Shown here: positions 30,220-45,154 of the stretch, piece after piece
How the letters are laid out: every line of letters starts with the position of its first letter
Position numbering within the stretch: the stretch's first letter is position 1
NCBI RefSeq assembly: GCF_009914755.1
Contig: NC_060932.1
DNA: 64,000 nucleotides
Strand: one strand, 5' to 3'
DNA from: the human T2T-CHM13v2.0 reference genome, Homo sapiens
Position numbers and translations under genes: made by a program
The notes under the pieces: generated by a model
Database searches by the model: none
Told to the model about the DNA's origin: nothing
What the model saw: the letters and a program-made list of their open reading frames with translations, nothing else

Positions 30220-30302
30220 TGTTTCCTTCGTGGGTCTGTGCGATCACTGCAAAGTGCAACGAACATAAGAAGTCTCAGGTGTGTGACTCCGCTAGTAATC
30301 AG
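30220..30302 (+). repeat. ~83-bp diverged direct repeat of 29427-29510
   Basis: Manual alignment about 80% identical. Confidence 0.85.
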
Positions 30303-30950
30303 TTCTAGAACTCTGGAAAAATGACTGCTTGGCTCCATGCTTCAATCTCCTTTTTTTAATAAAGTGAGAAAATTAGATTATTTCTTCATTGGGTCATTCA
30401 GTAACTATTTATCAAGCACATGCAGTGTGCCAAGCACTATCCTAGTTGTGGGGAGTCAATGGTCAATTAGACACATTCCATTCCCACCCTGGTGACATAA
30501 TGATGAAAAATGAGACCAGCCACTATTCATACAATCACCCATATCCAAAATTTGGAAGCATCTTGGGACTGCCCTCCTTCTTAGCAATTCTATCGATTGC
30601 TAAGTCTAGATCATTCTATAGCCTAAATAATGCTGTAATCAATTTCCTCTTCTCTGTCCTTATTGCACTGAAATCCTAACCACCTCCTAAGTGGTCCCTG
30701 CCTCTCACATGACCTATTAAAGTTCATACTGTTCTGTGGCCCCCTGTTCAGCTTTCTGAAACATAAATCTGATTCTGTTACTACTCTGTTTACACATCTT
30801 TCCCTGACTCCCTGGAGTCATTAGATAAGTAATAATAGCTAATAGCCATTGTTAATTATGCACCAGACATTTATCTAAATGCCTTTACATACTTCAACTT
30901 ATTAGCTCACAGCAAGCACAGAAGGAAGGTGCCATCATTGTCCTCACGTA

Positions 30951-31472
30951 TGCTGGTTATTTGTCTGTTAGCTGTCAGCTTCATTCCTGACTTCCTATGT
31001 TCATCTTTATAATGCAGGGGGTGTGGAAGCCTGCAAACTACACTTCATAGGCTGTGATCAGCTGCCTTCTGGTTGGGCTCTGCCAGTGAAAAGCCTTGGG
31101 ACAGGACTCAAATGCTGGAGGGAAGGAGAAGTTTGATTTTGCATTGTTTTGGTTTTGTTTTACCCCTGCTTTCACAAATGCCTCCCCGAGTGGTGACACA
31201 TCAGCGGAAGTGCAACTTCTGGCCCCCTGCACAGCTTCAGGGACCATCTGATAGCAGTAACAGCAACTGCACCTCCAGAAGATCAGAAGCACATGCAGGC
31301 TGGGCTTCTGCCAAAGGCTGGGAAGAGCTCCCTGGCCTCTGAGTTTCTCCCTTCTCCCTTTTACTCTTCTACCTCTTCCAAAAGATTGTAACCAACTCCC
31401 TGTATTAAATCCCTCTCTGCTGGAAATACCTCCAGTGCAATCTACTTTCTTAACTGAGCACTGATGGGTACA
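30951..31472 (+). mobile_element. ERVL LTR (LTR33-like) inserted into a MIR
   Basis: ctgcaaactacacttc...ttgtaaccaactccctgtattaaatccctctctgctggaaatacct; MIR halves on either side. Confidence 0.65.
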
Positions 31473-32999
31473 CCATTTAATGCACAAGGAGACCGAGGTA
31501 CAGAGAGGTTAAGTAACTTGTCCCAAGGCAAACAGCTAGGAAGTAACATAAAGCACAGATAAAGAAAAAGAAAAAAAACAAGGTATTGAATTAAGTCAAG
31601 GTTTCTTAAGCATGTCATGCAAAGCCCTTCATAATTACCTTCCTCTCTCCATCCATATTCTATGGTCTAGCTGGAAAGTGACACCTAGCTGGAGATTGTG
31701 CTTTGTTGTTGTTTTTGTTAATGAATGAAGGAATGAATGCCAGATGTACCATACTTGTGTAAAACCCCAGCAGGAAATGTGACTGCAGTGGACATTGGAT
31801 GAATCAGTGAATAAATAAATAATAAACAAATGAATAAACTCCAAGCACACAACAAATCAACCTGGGTAGCAATTTCCTGCCTCTGTGTTCCTCCCGCCCT
31901 CAGACTCAGAGCCCTGATGCATCCAAGAGACTGAATGTTCACATCACTTATACAGAGTAAGCATGCGATAAATGCATATTTATTAAACTAATGAAGAGAA
32001 GAATCCATCAAAAATGCAATCAATCAAGTCATTGCCCAGTGATGTTTAAAATTCTAGTTTATTGAACCACAAAAATCTTCCAGGAAGAAGGCACAGAAGA
32101 AAACCTTTACATTTTCCTAAAAACAAAAACCTCTACTATAACAACCAGCAAATAATTAGACGTTAATGTCTCTAACTTAAAAAAAAAAAAAAAGTAACCA
32201 CAGTTAATCTCAGGGGATATCCTGTATGAAAAGGGAAAAAACAACGAGTCATGGATTCTAACCTCCTGTTTATAACCGGGGCCCACAAATGATCTGTTGC
32301 TGAAGGAGAAGAAAGCCATTAATCTCCCAACTCAGGGAGCAATTTTATATTTTGAATAAAAACAAAATAAACAGCATTAAGGAGGGAAATAAATCAGATA
32401 TGCAGTAATTAGTTTGAAGGAGCCGGATTTTCCTGCCTAACACTCTCTTTGGAACTTCTGCCTTATCCATCAAAGCAAAAGTGTATCAGATGACATGGAG
32501 ATTTTCCATTCCCTTTTCAGACAAAATTAGTCAGCTGATGTGAATAGTAATTTGACAGGACCCAGAAGAGAGAGCATGAGTGATGGGATTATAATAAATG
32601 CGGGAGAGGATGCTTAATAAACTTTGGTGAAGCCCTGGATCCTGCACTTTTCCTCTCCTACCCTCTGTGTAACTCCTGATTTATGAAATTGTTACTTTTT
32701 TCTCTGTGAATTCTTAGAAGGCTTGGACTTTTTAAAAATAAAGAATCTAAAAAGGACCTTATTTATTTTCTTACCCAGTATCCTTATTTTAAAGATTTAG
32801 AAGGCTCAGCCCAGAAACAATAATTGACTTGCTTAAGTTTCCACAACAAAATCAGCTGAAGCACCAGGATCAAAAACCTGGCCACGTGCCTCCCCGCCCT
32901 CAAAGCTCAATAAAGACAAAAGCACAAACAATTGTGAAGTGGTTCCTTACTGAAGGCAATCTTGGGTCTCATGCAGCACTTTCTGGGTAAGAGCCCCCT

Positions 33000-33351
33000 T
33001 GATATTGTTTGGCTTTGTGTCCCCACCCAAATCTCATCTTGAATTGTAATCCCCACGTGTCAAGGGAGAGACCTGGACTGGATCATGGGGGTGGTTTCCC
33101 CTATGCTATTCTCATGACAGTGAGTGAGTTCTCATGAGATCTGATGGGTTTATAAGGGGCTCTTACCCCTTCACTCACCTCTCTCTCTCACCTGCTGCCA
33201 TGTAAGTCGTACCTCTTCCCCTTTGCCATGATTGTAAGTTTCCTGAGGCCTCCCCAGCCATGGGAAACTGTGAGTCAATTAAACCCCTTTCCTTTATAAA
33301 TTACCTAGTCTCGGGTGGGTCTTTATGGCAGTGTGAAAACAGACTAATATA
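33000..33351 (+). mobile_element. THE1D/MSTA-like solo LTR
   Basis: tgatattgtttggctttgtgtccccacccaaatctcatc...cagactaatata. Confidence 0.9.
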
Positions 33352-34717
33352 CCCTTTGGTGTGAAACCACAGAGGAAGGCTGCTCTTCCCTCTTCAGGCT
33401 TCCTTCCTCGGGCATTTCCCTCCAATCAGGCACTCTCTCCAGAGTCCTCTATCACTCATTTGCAGCTTATTCTGAATTCTAATGACTAAGTTTTTTTCTC
33501 CCCATTATTTGGGAATGTCCTGCTAGCAGTTGTTTTTTTCAGGAACAGTTTGGTAACTGATTCATTTGAAGCATAGACATAATGAATCTCTCCCGATGTA
33601 TCTATAAACCCTTGCATAACTCCCTTTACTATTATGAATGGAGCTCTGCGAGTAAGTTGTCCCTTTCCCTTTCATCTCCCACCATCCCAGCTACCCTGTT
33701 TGGGTCTACACATCTAAAGTTTAATAACCCTCCAGTGGAAAGAACAGGGAGATGTCAAAAGATGAAGGATGCTCATCAATGCATTTGTTTCTAATAAAAA
33801 TACAATAATTCAAAAGCAGAATATAAATGTCCATCAGTAATGAACAGCTAAGTAAATAATGATTCATTATTCATACAACAAAAATCTATGTAGCTATTAA
33901 AAAATATAGAGAAGAATATGTATTAACATAAGAAGATGTTCAGGGTACATTGTCAACATGTGTTAATATGAAGATGTTATCAAATAGCAATTATTAAATG
34001 ATTTAACTTTTTACAAAAAAAGGCAACAGGTTTTTATTGAAAATATGACATGATAGTCCCAAATATGTGATATAAATATGACTTTTTATTACATTTCATA
34101 ATATAGTAAACATATTCATTTTGTAAGAAAAACAACACAATGTTGTTGTTTTTATTATTTTTAACAAAATATCCAAGCAGTCACTCTGCTTAATTAGAGA
34201 AGCAATGAAAGAAATTATGGCCAAGTGTTCTCTCTGACTGTAAATATTCAGAGGGGGCCTGGGTTGCCCCATACTTGAGTCACCACTCTACTTTCTTTAT
34301 TTTACCTCTTGGTTTTGTTTGTTTTTATTTATGAAGTTTCATTTGAACAGAAGTTTCTAAGGGCAGGTGTGTATGTGTGCTTTGTTCTGGTTTCTTTTTT
34401 AGTGAGTAGAATGGGTTCTTATCTGTGAATATTCTCTCATTATGGACAACAGTAGGAATGTGAACAATTATTGAGAGTCTCTAATGTATCAGATGTCGTC
34501 CTAGGGCTGTCTCCAAATGTTATCCTGTTTATTTGTCATCACTGCTCTGAGAAGCAGGTGTGACTTCTGATCATTTTAAAGCATAGGCACAGAGGCTTGC
34601 AAAGATGCAGGGACCTGCCCCAGCTCATGCAGGTGGACAATGGTGGGCTGAGAGCAGTGAGAACCAGTCCCATCTCCTCCTACCCACTGCAAGCAGGCTA
34701 CCAGTTTGGCTGGGGGT

Positions 34718-35745
34718 TGTTGGTTGAAGTGTATCCCCCCAACACCTGCAACCAAATTCATATATTGAAGCCCTAACTGTGCCCCACCTAGTATCTCAGA
34801 ATGTAACCTTAATATAACCTTATGTGGAGATAGGGTCTTTACAGAGGTAATCAAGCAAAAATGGTTAATGGGTGGGCCCTAATCTAATATGTATACTTAA
34901 AATGACTGGTAAATATAGATACTTAGTAAATATATATACTTACAGGGACTGGTGTCCTTGTAAGTAGAGGAAATTTGGACACAGACGCATCCAGAGGGAA
35001 GATGATGTGAAGACACAAGGAGGGGATAGCCATTGCAGATCAGTGAGAGAAGCCTAGGAAAGATTTCTCCTTCTGTGGACTAAAGAAAAAATGAAGCTTT
35101 TAAAGAATTAAAGGTAGGTTCATTCAGAAGCATTACTGAGGACCACAGACTGAGGCCAATAGCCCAGGAGCAGCCCTTTAGAGAGGTCCTATCAGACTGC
35201 CCCAACACAGTATTTAAGCCAATGCCCGTATACAGGTGGTGGAGGTTTAATATGGGCAAAATCACATCAAACTTGCCAAGAAGCTACATTAAAGCAGAAT
35301 TACATCAAGATTAACCAGAGGTACATCAGAGTACCTCTGGTTAAAGACTACAGAGGCATAATCACTAATTCCATCAGACGTTGTTTTATAAAGTGTAGGA
35401 AAAGGCAAGGGCTAGGGCCATTTATCTTTTAAGGAATTTAGTGACTCAGGCAAGAGACGGGGTCATGTGCTCTACCCTCTTTTGTCTTCAAAGAATCCTC
35501 CCAGAGAGCTGCACTTTGTCACAGCATCAGGGGCTTTGTGAAATTATGCTAGCAAGCAGAAGTGAGCAAATATGGCTTTTTGCATTTGCTGCTTTGTCTC
35601 ACACTTCACAGCCCTCAAAGGAGCCAATGCTGCAGACGCCTTGATTTTGGACCTCCAGCCTCCAGAACTGTGAGAAAATACATTTCTGTTGTTTAAGCCA
35701 CTCAGTTAATAGTCCACTGTTTTGGCAGCCCTAACAAACCAATAA
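34718..35745 (+). mobile_element. MLT1B-like LTR split by a second LTR
   Basis: ggagatagggtctttacagaggtaatcaag...ccagcctccagaactgtgagaaaatacatttctgttgtttaagccac. Confidence 0.8.
35074..35603 (-). mobile_element. Solo ERV1-class LTR (MER87/MER72-like; subfamily uncertain)
   Basis: TG...CA termini; perfect 4-bp TSD cttc (35070-35073 / 35604-35607). Confidence 0.75.
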
Positions 35746-35902
35746 AATGAGTTACCTGGTGATCACATGAAACGTCAGCTGTGATGACAAAAAGGTGCCC
35801 TTAAGAACACAAAACAACTGGGGTCCACCATGTGGAAGCAGAAGCCTGCAAGGAGTGAAACTGCAGGAAAGGAAGAAATGCCCAGTAGAAGAGAGGCCCC
35901 AG

Positions 35903-35919
35903 GTGCTCGCTCTGGCAGT

Positions 35920-35950
<31 letters not shown>

Positions 35951-36009
35951 AATTAGCATGGCCCCTGTGCAAGGATGACACACAAATTTGTGAAGCGTTC
36001 CCTATTTTT
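35903..36009 (+). pseudogene. RNU6: Processed U6 snRNA pseudogene (full length)
   Basis: gtgctcgc...catatactaaaattggaacgatacagaga...gcatggcccctg...gtgaagcgttccctattttt; several substitutions, many at CpG; A-rich tail; degenerate TSD agaagagaggccccag / agacaggaggtcccag. Confidence 0.95.
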
Positions 36010-36737
36010 AAAAGTTAAAAAAAAATTTTTTTAAAAGACAGGAGGTCCCAGGAAGCCCTGCTGCCTCTCTGCCCACCCTCTCCAGGCCAACCCTGCTACC
36101 AGGAAGAAATTCACAGGGCCAAATTACTCAGTCATGTGTATTGAGGCCAGAAATGCATTATTTAATTTTTTGCAGCAGATGTACCTTTTTAATACTGTTT
36201 TGTTTCAGGCTAAAATTACAATATTAAAATTTAATATTCAAACATTAGCATGAGTTTGCATTTCTTGAATGTCCACCCACCTTTTTCCTCCAGCATATGT
36301 GGAATGGCAACAGGGAAGGGGTGGGAAGAGGACAAGGCTGTGGCTGCTGGTCTTAGCTCCGCATCTGAGTGGCTCTGTGGCCTTGATCACATTGCTCCAC
36401 TCCTCTAGGGTTTGGTTCCCTCCTCTCTCAAATGATGGAAATAACCTGGGTGTTCTAGAAGGCTCCTGCACCTCAAAGTATTCCCAAGTCTGTGTATCTC
36501 TGGAGACTGGAGGGAGCCAAGAAGAGATGGACAACAGATGCCTGAGCAGAACTGATATGTATCTGCACTTTTGCCGTCATCAGATGTTGGAGGGGTCTTG
36601 GAGAGAGCCATGAACAAGAGCATCTCCCAGTGTTGATAGGGTCCCTCCAGACTTTTAGGGAGAAAAGTAAAGAAAAATTCCTAGTGGTTGTTCCTATATC
36701 TCTTGCAAAGGATAAAAGGTAAACATTATATGTATAC

Positions 36738-37032
36738 TTTTTTTTTTTTTGAGACTGACTCTTGCTCTGTTGCCCAGGCTGGAGTGTAGTGGTGGGATCT
36801 TGTCTCACTGCAACCTCTGCCTCCCAGGTTCCAGCAGTTCTCGTGCCTCAGTCTCCTGAGTAGCTGAGATTACAGGTGTGCGCCACCACACGCAGCTAAT
36901 TTTTGTATTTTTAGTAGAGACAGGGTTTCACCATGTTGGCCAGGCCGGTGTCGAACTCCTGACTTCAAGTGATCTGCCTGCCTCAGCCTCCCAAAGTGCT
37001 GGGATTACAGGCTTGAGCCACTGTGCCCAGCC
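36738..37032 (-). mobile_element. AluS
   Basis: TSD cattatatgtat / cattacatgtat. Confidence 0.93.
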
Positions 37033-37781
37033 TCATTACATGTATTCTAAAAATTAAAGATTTTCTGACTGCAAAGTCCTGGATTATTATACTGCAAAGT
37101 CCTGGATTCTGTGACTGTATGTGTCTGACAGTATGTGTGTGTATGTGTGTATGCCTATGTCACACACTCATGTGCCTCGGTTTCCCTGGTATCCCAAGAA
37201 AATTTTTAGTTTTTCTTTGGGGTAATTACACCTTGAAAAAGCAGGTATTTCAGGACTCCTTCCTTTTCTGTACTCTGAAGTCCAGCTCTTAATTTCTACT
37301 ATTGGTGAGAGTGCAAGTCGATGTCACCTGACTTAGTACATGGGCGTTCTCTCTAGTCTCTCAGGTTGAAAGTCTCTCTGCTGTGACTCATATCCTCACT
37401 CTATGCAGGAGGAATTTTTTTTTTTTTACTAGACCTTTACATGAAATTAGATAGAGTTAACTTATCTCTCTCCTGGCACTTCTTGTGCAGGTCCGCCAGT
37501 CAAATCCAGCAGACTGCAAAAATACTAGACTTTCTCCACTGAAGAGTCAGGTAATGCCAGAAGAGTATTATGGCACAGCAATACTCCTCAGAGCAAACGT
37601 TGGCTTTTCAGCTAACTTAGAAGTTCCCTGGAAAATGCTTCTTAAGCCTTAGAGAAGAGAGACAGTCTTTTTCATATAACATAGCCAAACCAAGGGCGTG
37701 ACACTCCGTCACCGTCACCATACTCTGCTGATTAGAAGTGATTCACAGTTTCTGCCCACAATGAACAGAAGAGGTAAGTCA

Positions 37782-38330
<549 letters not shown>

Positions 38331-38695
38331 TTGAAAGAATAAAAAAAGATGGGGATAGAGATGAAACAAAATTGGCCATGAGCTGATAATTTTTGAAGCT
38401 TTGTATTTAGTTATGCAGTAGGTCTCTGTATTATTCGGCCTACTTTTAAATACATTTAATTTTTTGCATAATAAAAAAATAAACGACAAGAAACAGTGAT
38501 CAAGTTAGTAATAATCCTTACCATATTTCAGCAATTCTACATGCCAGACTCTATGCTAAGTGCCTCATTTACATCATCTCATTTGATTCTCACAACAGCC
38601 ATATCAGAAAGTATTAATAGTGTATTTATAAATAAAAAACCTGCTTCTCTGGTAGGTTAAATGACTTGCCCAAGTATTTCAAGAACCAGATGCTG

Positions 38696-39355
<660 letters not shown>

Positions 39356-40059
39356 TAATTACTATTTCAAGTTAAGTCAGCAAGTATAGGTTAAGTGCCT
39401 ATAATGAAGCACTGGGAAGGTGACAACAATTAGAAGATGTGACGTTTGGTCTCAAGGAGATCAAGGCCGAGAAAATATTTATTCATTGCAATTCTGGCCC
39501 TGGATCAACCACTTACAAATGAGGAGAGGCAAATTATCTCAACACACCAGAACTTAGGCCCTTTACCTGTTTGATGAGATCGTAGAATCCATCCTGCGAG
39601 TCACAGAGGACAGTAGGGAAGATCAAATGAAGTCATGTAAATAAAAGCCACGAGGAACAGTAAAGGGCTGTATAAGTAAAAAGGACAAAATGAAGCAACA
39701 GTAATGGCACTATTGTGGTTGAAGATAAGAAGCCTTTAGCCTACTTAGATTTTTAGTGTTCTAAACCCATCTGTCCTCAGCCCTGTGGTTTTTCCTTCAT
39801 GAGAGCTCCTCAACAAATTCATGTATAGGGAGGTTGGCCCTAAGAACACCCAGGACAGTGACATTTCAGAGGCATTGTAGAGAAGCTCAGTTATCACATT
39901 GCAGTGTCTTCCTCTCCCGGACTGTGCTTAGCACACAGGAGAGCCACATATGGGGACTGGGAATTATTTCTGATGTAGCGATTGGGAAATCGTGACAATG
40001 TATACTAATGAGGTGACAAGAAAGACGGTGTCAGATGCACATTAATCTTTAGCCTGATG

Positions 40060-40400
40060 TCCTTCATGATGTCCAACCTCCAGTTTCATCTCCTGCCACA
40101 CTCATCCCCCATACTTCCACTCTTCACACTGGCCTTACTCAAAATGCAGATTCCAGGACTCAGGCTATCTCACTGCCTTCTTACTTACAATTCTTATACC
40201 AGAACACCCTTCCTCCTCCCCTCATCTGAATCTTACCTGGTTTTTGAAATTTAAGTCAGGGCCTTCTTAGGAAGATTTCCCTGATTCAGATCCAAGTTGA
40301 ATTATGATAACCCTCCTTTGGCTCCCATAAAATCTTATAACTTCCTAACTGTGTTTTATGAATAGTTGTCTAGTTTAGCACTATGTCAGGAGCTATTGAC
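40060..40400. mobile_element. L2 fragment
   Basis: Pyrimidine-rich L2 3' text (cttcttaggaagatttccctga); approximate limits. Confidence 0.5.
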
Positions 40401-40406
40401 AGCAGG

Positions 40407-40714
<308 letters not shown>

Positions 40715-40948
40715 TTACTTTCATTGCTCTACCTCGAGTGCCTACAGAAGAGCAGAGCACATTTAGGTACTTTGTGTGATTACTTATTGAATAAAAGGAT
40801 GGTATATCACAGAAAATAATTAACCTATTTCTCCTTTTAATGGTGATGGTTCTTTATCACTAAGTGTTCTTTGCTGAGTACTACATTGGTTTTGAGTGTG
40901 CAAACATGGAAACGGCTGCCTCCAGTCTACACTGTTCATTGTAATTAA

Positions 40949-41805
<857 letters not shown>

Positions 41806-42939
41806 AGGTTGAGAGGTGGGGAATGTCAAAAATGAAGAAAAGCAAAGGTAAGATAGGAGGGAAATAGGGGAAGAAAGGCTAAGGGAGGAAGGCAGAAGAG
41901 AGGAGGCAAAACAGCACGGAGGAATCTGAAGGAGTCTGTGGTGAGTAGTGTTATACAGCCTCTACTCCAGTGTGCTGAAAACAACCTTCAGTGTACTACA
42001 TTGCTTAGTAATGATTGTGAGTAGATATAGTTGGGAAGGGACTAGCACTGAAGAATAAGGACAAAGCTAACATGTGGGTGATAGAATGAGCTATCAACAC
42101 AATTGCATGCTTCTTCCAGTATGATTTCGTTTGTCGAAACATGACTGACAACTCCTTTTGGGTAACTCCCTCTAGAAGCAATTCCCAGCCTTCCAAGAAA
42201 ATCTCCGACTTTTTAAAAAAGGAAAAGTTACTAAATTTAGTCCCTAGTAATGGCATGGCCAAGATTAAGGCCCAGTCTGTAAATCCCATTGTCTCTCTAC
42301 TCTACTAGTGGAGTTAAATGTGAGAGAAGAAAATGTGAACCCTGAGCCACTCAGGAATTGAGAAGCTTTCATTTCTCTCATGTCTATTATGCACTTGCTT
42401 GCTTTCACTAAAACCTCCTAACCTCTCAGTAAGGCGTCATTATCTCTACAGATGAAGAGGCTGCAATTACCAAGGCCACGTCGCTGGTAAGTGGCAGTAC
42501 TAGGAATAAGAATTCAGACTGCTAATTGTATCAACAACATAATAAAATTTAACATTTATTTATTTAGCATTTCCTATGTGCCAAACAGAATACCAAGAAC
42601 TTTACCCGCATTATTGAATGTTAATCCTCAAGACAAACCTATGAGAAGTACTAGTAGTATCCCCATTTTCCAGATGAGAAAACTAAAATAGAACGGACAT
42701 TGTTTATCCAGGTGTTCTTAGCTTCTGACAGTGGGGCTAGTATTTGTACACAGGTGTTCTGACTGTGAGTCCGTTGGACTAGCCTCCTCTCTTCCCACTG
42801 TCCTGCTCAAGCTCTGTCAATTATACCCCACTGCTTCCTGAAAACATATTTGCTATATGCAACCCCCACCCCCCGCCCCAAGAAGAGAATATATTTTGGA
42901 GTCTTTATGTCTCAGAAGATCACTTTAAAGTCCCTTTCA

Positions 42940-43052
42940 TATGAGTGACCAACTATCCCGGTTTGACTGGACCTGTTCCAGTTTGGCTCTTAGAGCCTTT
43001 CGTCCTGGGAAACTCTTCAGTCCTGAGCCCACTGGGACTGTTGGTCAACCTA
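42940..43052. mobile_element. MER81-like hAT-Blackjack MITE
   Basis: Terminal inverted repeats gtgaccaactatcccgg ... ctgggactgttggtcaac; ~113 bp. Confidence 0.75.
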
Positions 43053-43726
43053 TTTCCCACTCTGAAATCTGTGAGTTTATACACTTTTTGCAAGACCCTC
43101 TGTTCTACCCTGGAAAGAGAAGGATCAATTGTGCACACCCTCAGAATTTCACCTCTTCTCTCAATTAGTCAGACTTAAGTTATCTACCCTGTTTTTCCCC
43201 TTTTAACCTACTCCTATAGCTGCCTAAGAAACATGTGAAAAATTTGACACCCTTGGCAGAAATGAGGGTCTATAATATACTTCATGGGTTATGCAGTTTT
43301 ATTGTCCATGAAGACTTTAATGAGGGATCAGTCTTCATTTTTAGTAAGTCATCTAAGCAGTGCATTTGAGACTGGGTACCACTAGGAATCAGCAAGTCCC
43401 CCTGTGGCCTGTGCTGTTTCTGAACCAAGAGAACTAAGAGAAGCCATGACCAGAAGCTGAGATAAGAAGCACCTAGTGAGATCCAGGACAACTTTTCCAA
43501 AGACTACATATCTTTAAACACTGTTTGAGGCATAATCCTAGATTGTTGATTCAAATGTGGCACAGGAGTAAGTTAGCTTTAGAGATGTCATAGTCTGAAA
43601 TAAGAGCATGTTAGCAGGCCATCTGTAGAGGAGAAGTTTGCCTGGGTGGGATCTGAAATATGAACAAAAATTCACCATTACCATTAACCAGCTGCCTCAC
43701 TTTCCTTTAATTTCATGTTAGGGTTT

Positions 43727-44430
43727 TGTTTCTTTAGCTTGCCACCCATAACAAAGTATGTCATCCTGGGATCTTTTTTTTTTTGAGATGGAATCTAGCT
43801 CTGTCACCCAGGCTGGAGTGCAGTGGCGCAATCTCCGTCTCGCATGTTCAAGCGATTTTCCTGTGTCAGCCTCCTGAGTAGCTGGGATTACAGGAACCTA
43901 CCACCACACCCGGCTAATTTTTGTATTTTTTTAGTAGAGACAGTGTTTCACTATGTTGGCAAGGCTGGTCTCAAACTCCTGACCTCATGATCCACCCACT
44001 TCGGCCTCCCAAAGTGCTGGGATTACAAATGCGAGCCACCGCACCCGGCCCATTCCGGGGTCTTAATCAGCAATAACAAAGTACCACAAATAGGGTGTTT
44101 TGGGTGGCTTAATCAACACATTTTTTTCTCACAGTTCTGGATACTAGAAATACCAGGATCAGGGTACCAGTATGGTTAGGTTCTAGTGAGAGCGTTCTTG
44201 CTGGCTTGCTGATGGTGGCCTTCTTGCTGTGTGCTCACATAATGGTGACAGAGATAGAGCTCTGGTAACTCTTTAAGGCCCCTAATCCCATCATGGGGCC
44301 CCACTCTCATGACCTCATCCAAATCTAGTTATTTCCCATAGGTCCCACCTCCAAACACCATCACACTGGAGGCCTAAAATTCAACATATGAGTTGGGATA
44401 GGGGTTAGCACAAATATTCAACCCATGACA
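43727..44430 (-). mobile_element. MLT1A-like LTR containing an Alu
   Basis: ttctcacagttctgga...ctaatcccatcatggggccccactctcatgacctcatc...acaaatattcaacccatgaca. Confidence 0.8.
43774..44050 (-). mobile_element. AluS with short internal deletion
   Basis: TSD catcctgggatctt / cattccggggtctt. Confidence 0.92.
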
Positions 44431-44569
44431 CCCTGTGTCAGGAGCTCCAGAGTCTTCTTTACTCCAATCAGAAGCAAGCCCCTACCTGTGCAGAATCATC
44501 CCAGACGCAATGACAGATAATGCTCTTATTCAAGGGGGAAAGCAGTTTTAATAAACTTTATATCTTGAG

Positions 44570-44990
44570 ATAATTTTAAATTAAATATTAAATTTACAAA
44601 ACAATTTTAAAGATTAACTTAACAAAACAATTGTAAAGATAATGGAGCACTCTTATACTCCTCACCCAATATCCTTTATTGTTGATATCTTCCGTTACCA
44701 TGGCGCATTTGTCAAATCTAAGAAGCCAACAGTGGTACATTATTTTTAATGGAACTTTAGATTTTCTTTGGATTTTACCATTTTTTTCCACAAATGTCCT
44801 TTTTCTGTTCCAAGAACCAATCCAGGATAACACATTGTACCTACTTGTCACATCTCTTGAGTCTCCTCTGGTCTATATTGAGATGGACTTTATAATCTCA
44901 GTCTTTACTTGTTTCTGATGACCTTTACAGTTTTGAAGAATATGAATTCAGTGTTTTGTTGAATGTCCCTCAATTTGGGTTTGTCTGGTG
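44570..44990 (-). mobile_element. L1MB/MC 3' fragment
   Basis: caaatgtcctttttctgttccaagaaccaatccaggataacacattg...gaatgtccctcaatttgggtttgtctg. Confidence 0.7.
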
Positions 44991-45154
44991 AAAAACGGCT
45001 TTTATTTAGCAATAGATCAGACTAGATTTTGGTTCTAATCTGACCAGATGATTCATAGCATAAATAGGATCCTGCCTCATTTCTGTGAATAAGCACCTGC
45101 TTTATATATAAATGTCTATAATTGACTATTGTCTCTCTATCCTTAGTCTCTCAA

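Noticed and set aside
31038-31487. 149-aa minus-strand ORF
   Set aside because: Lies within the LTR33-like element
35903-36009. Functional U6 gene
   Set aside because: Substitutions, A-rich tail, TSD-like flanks and no evident upstream promoter
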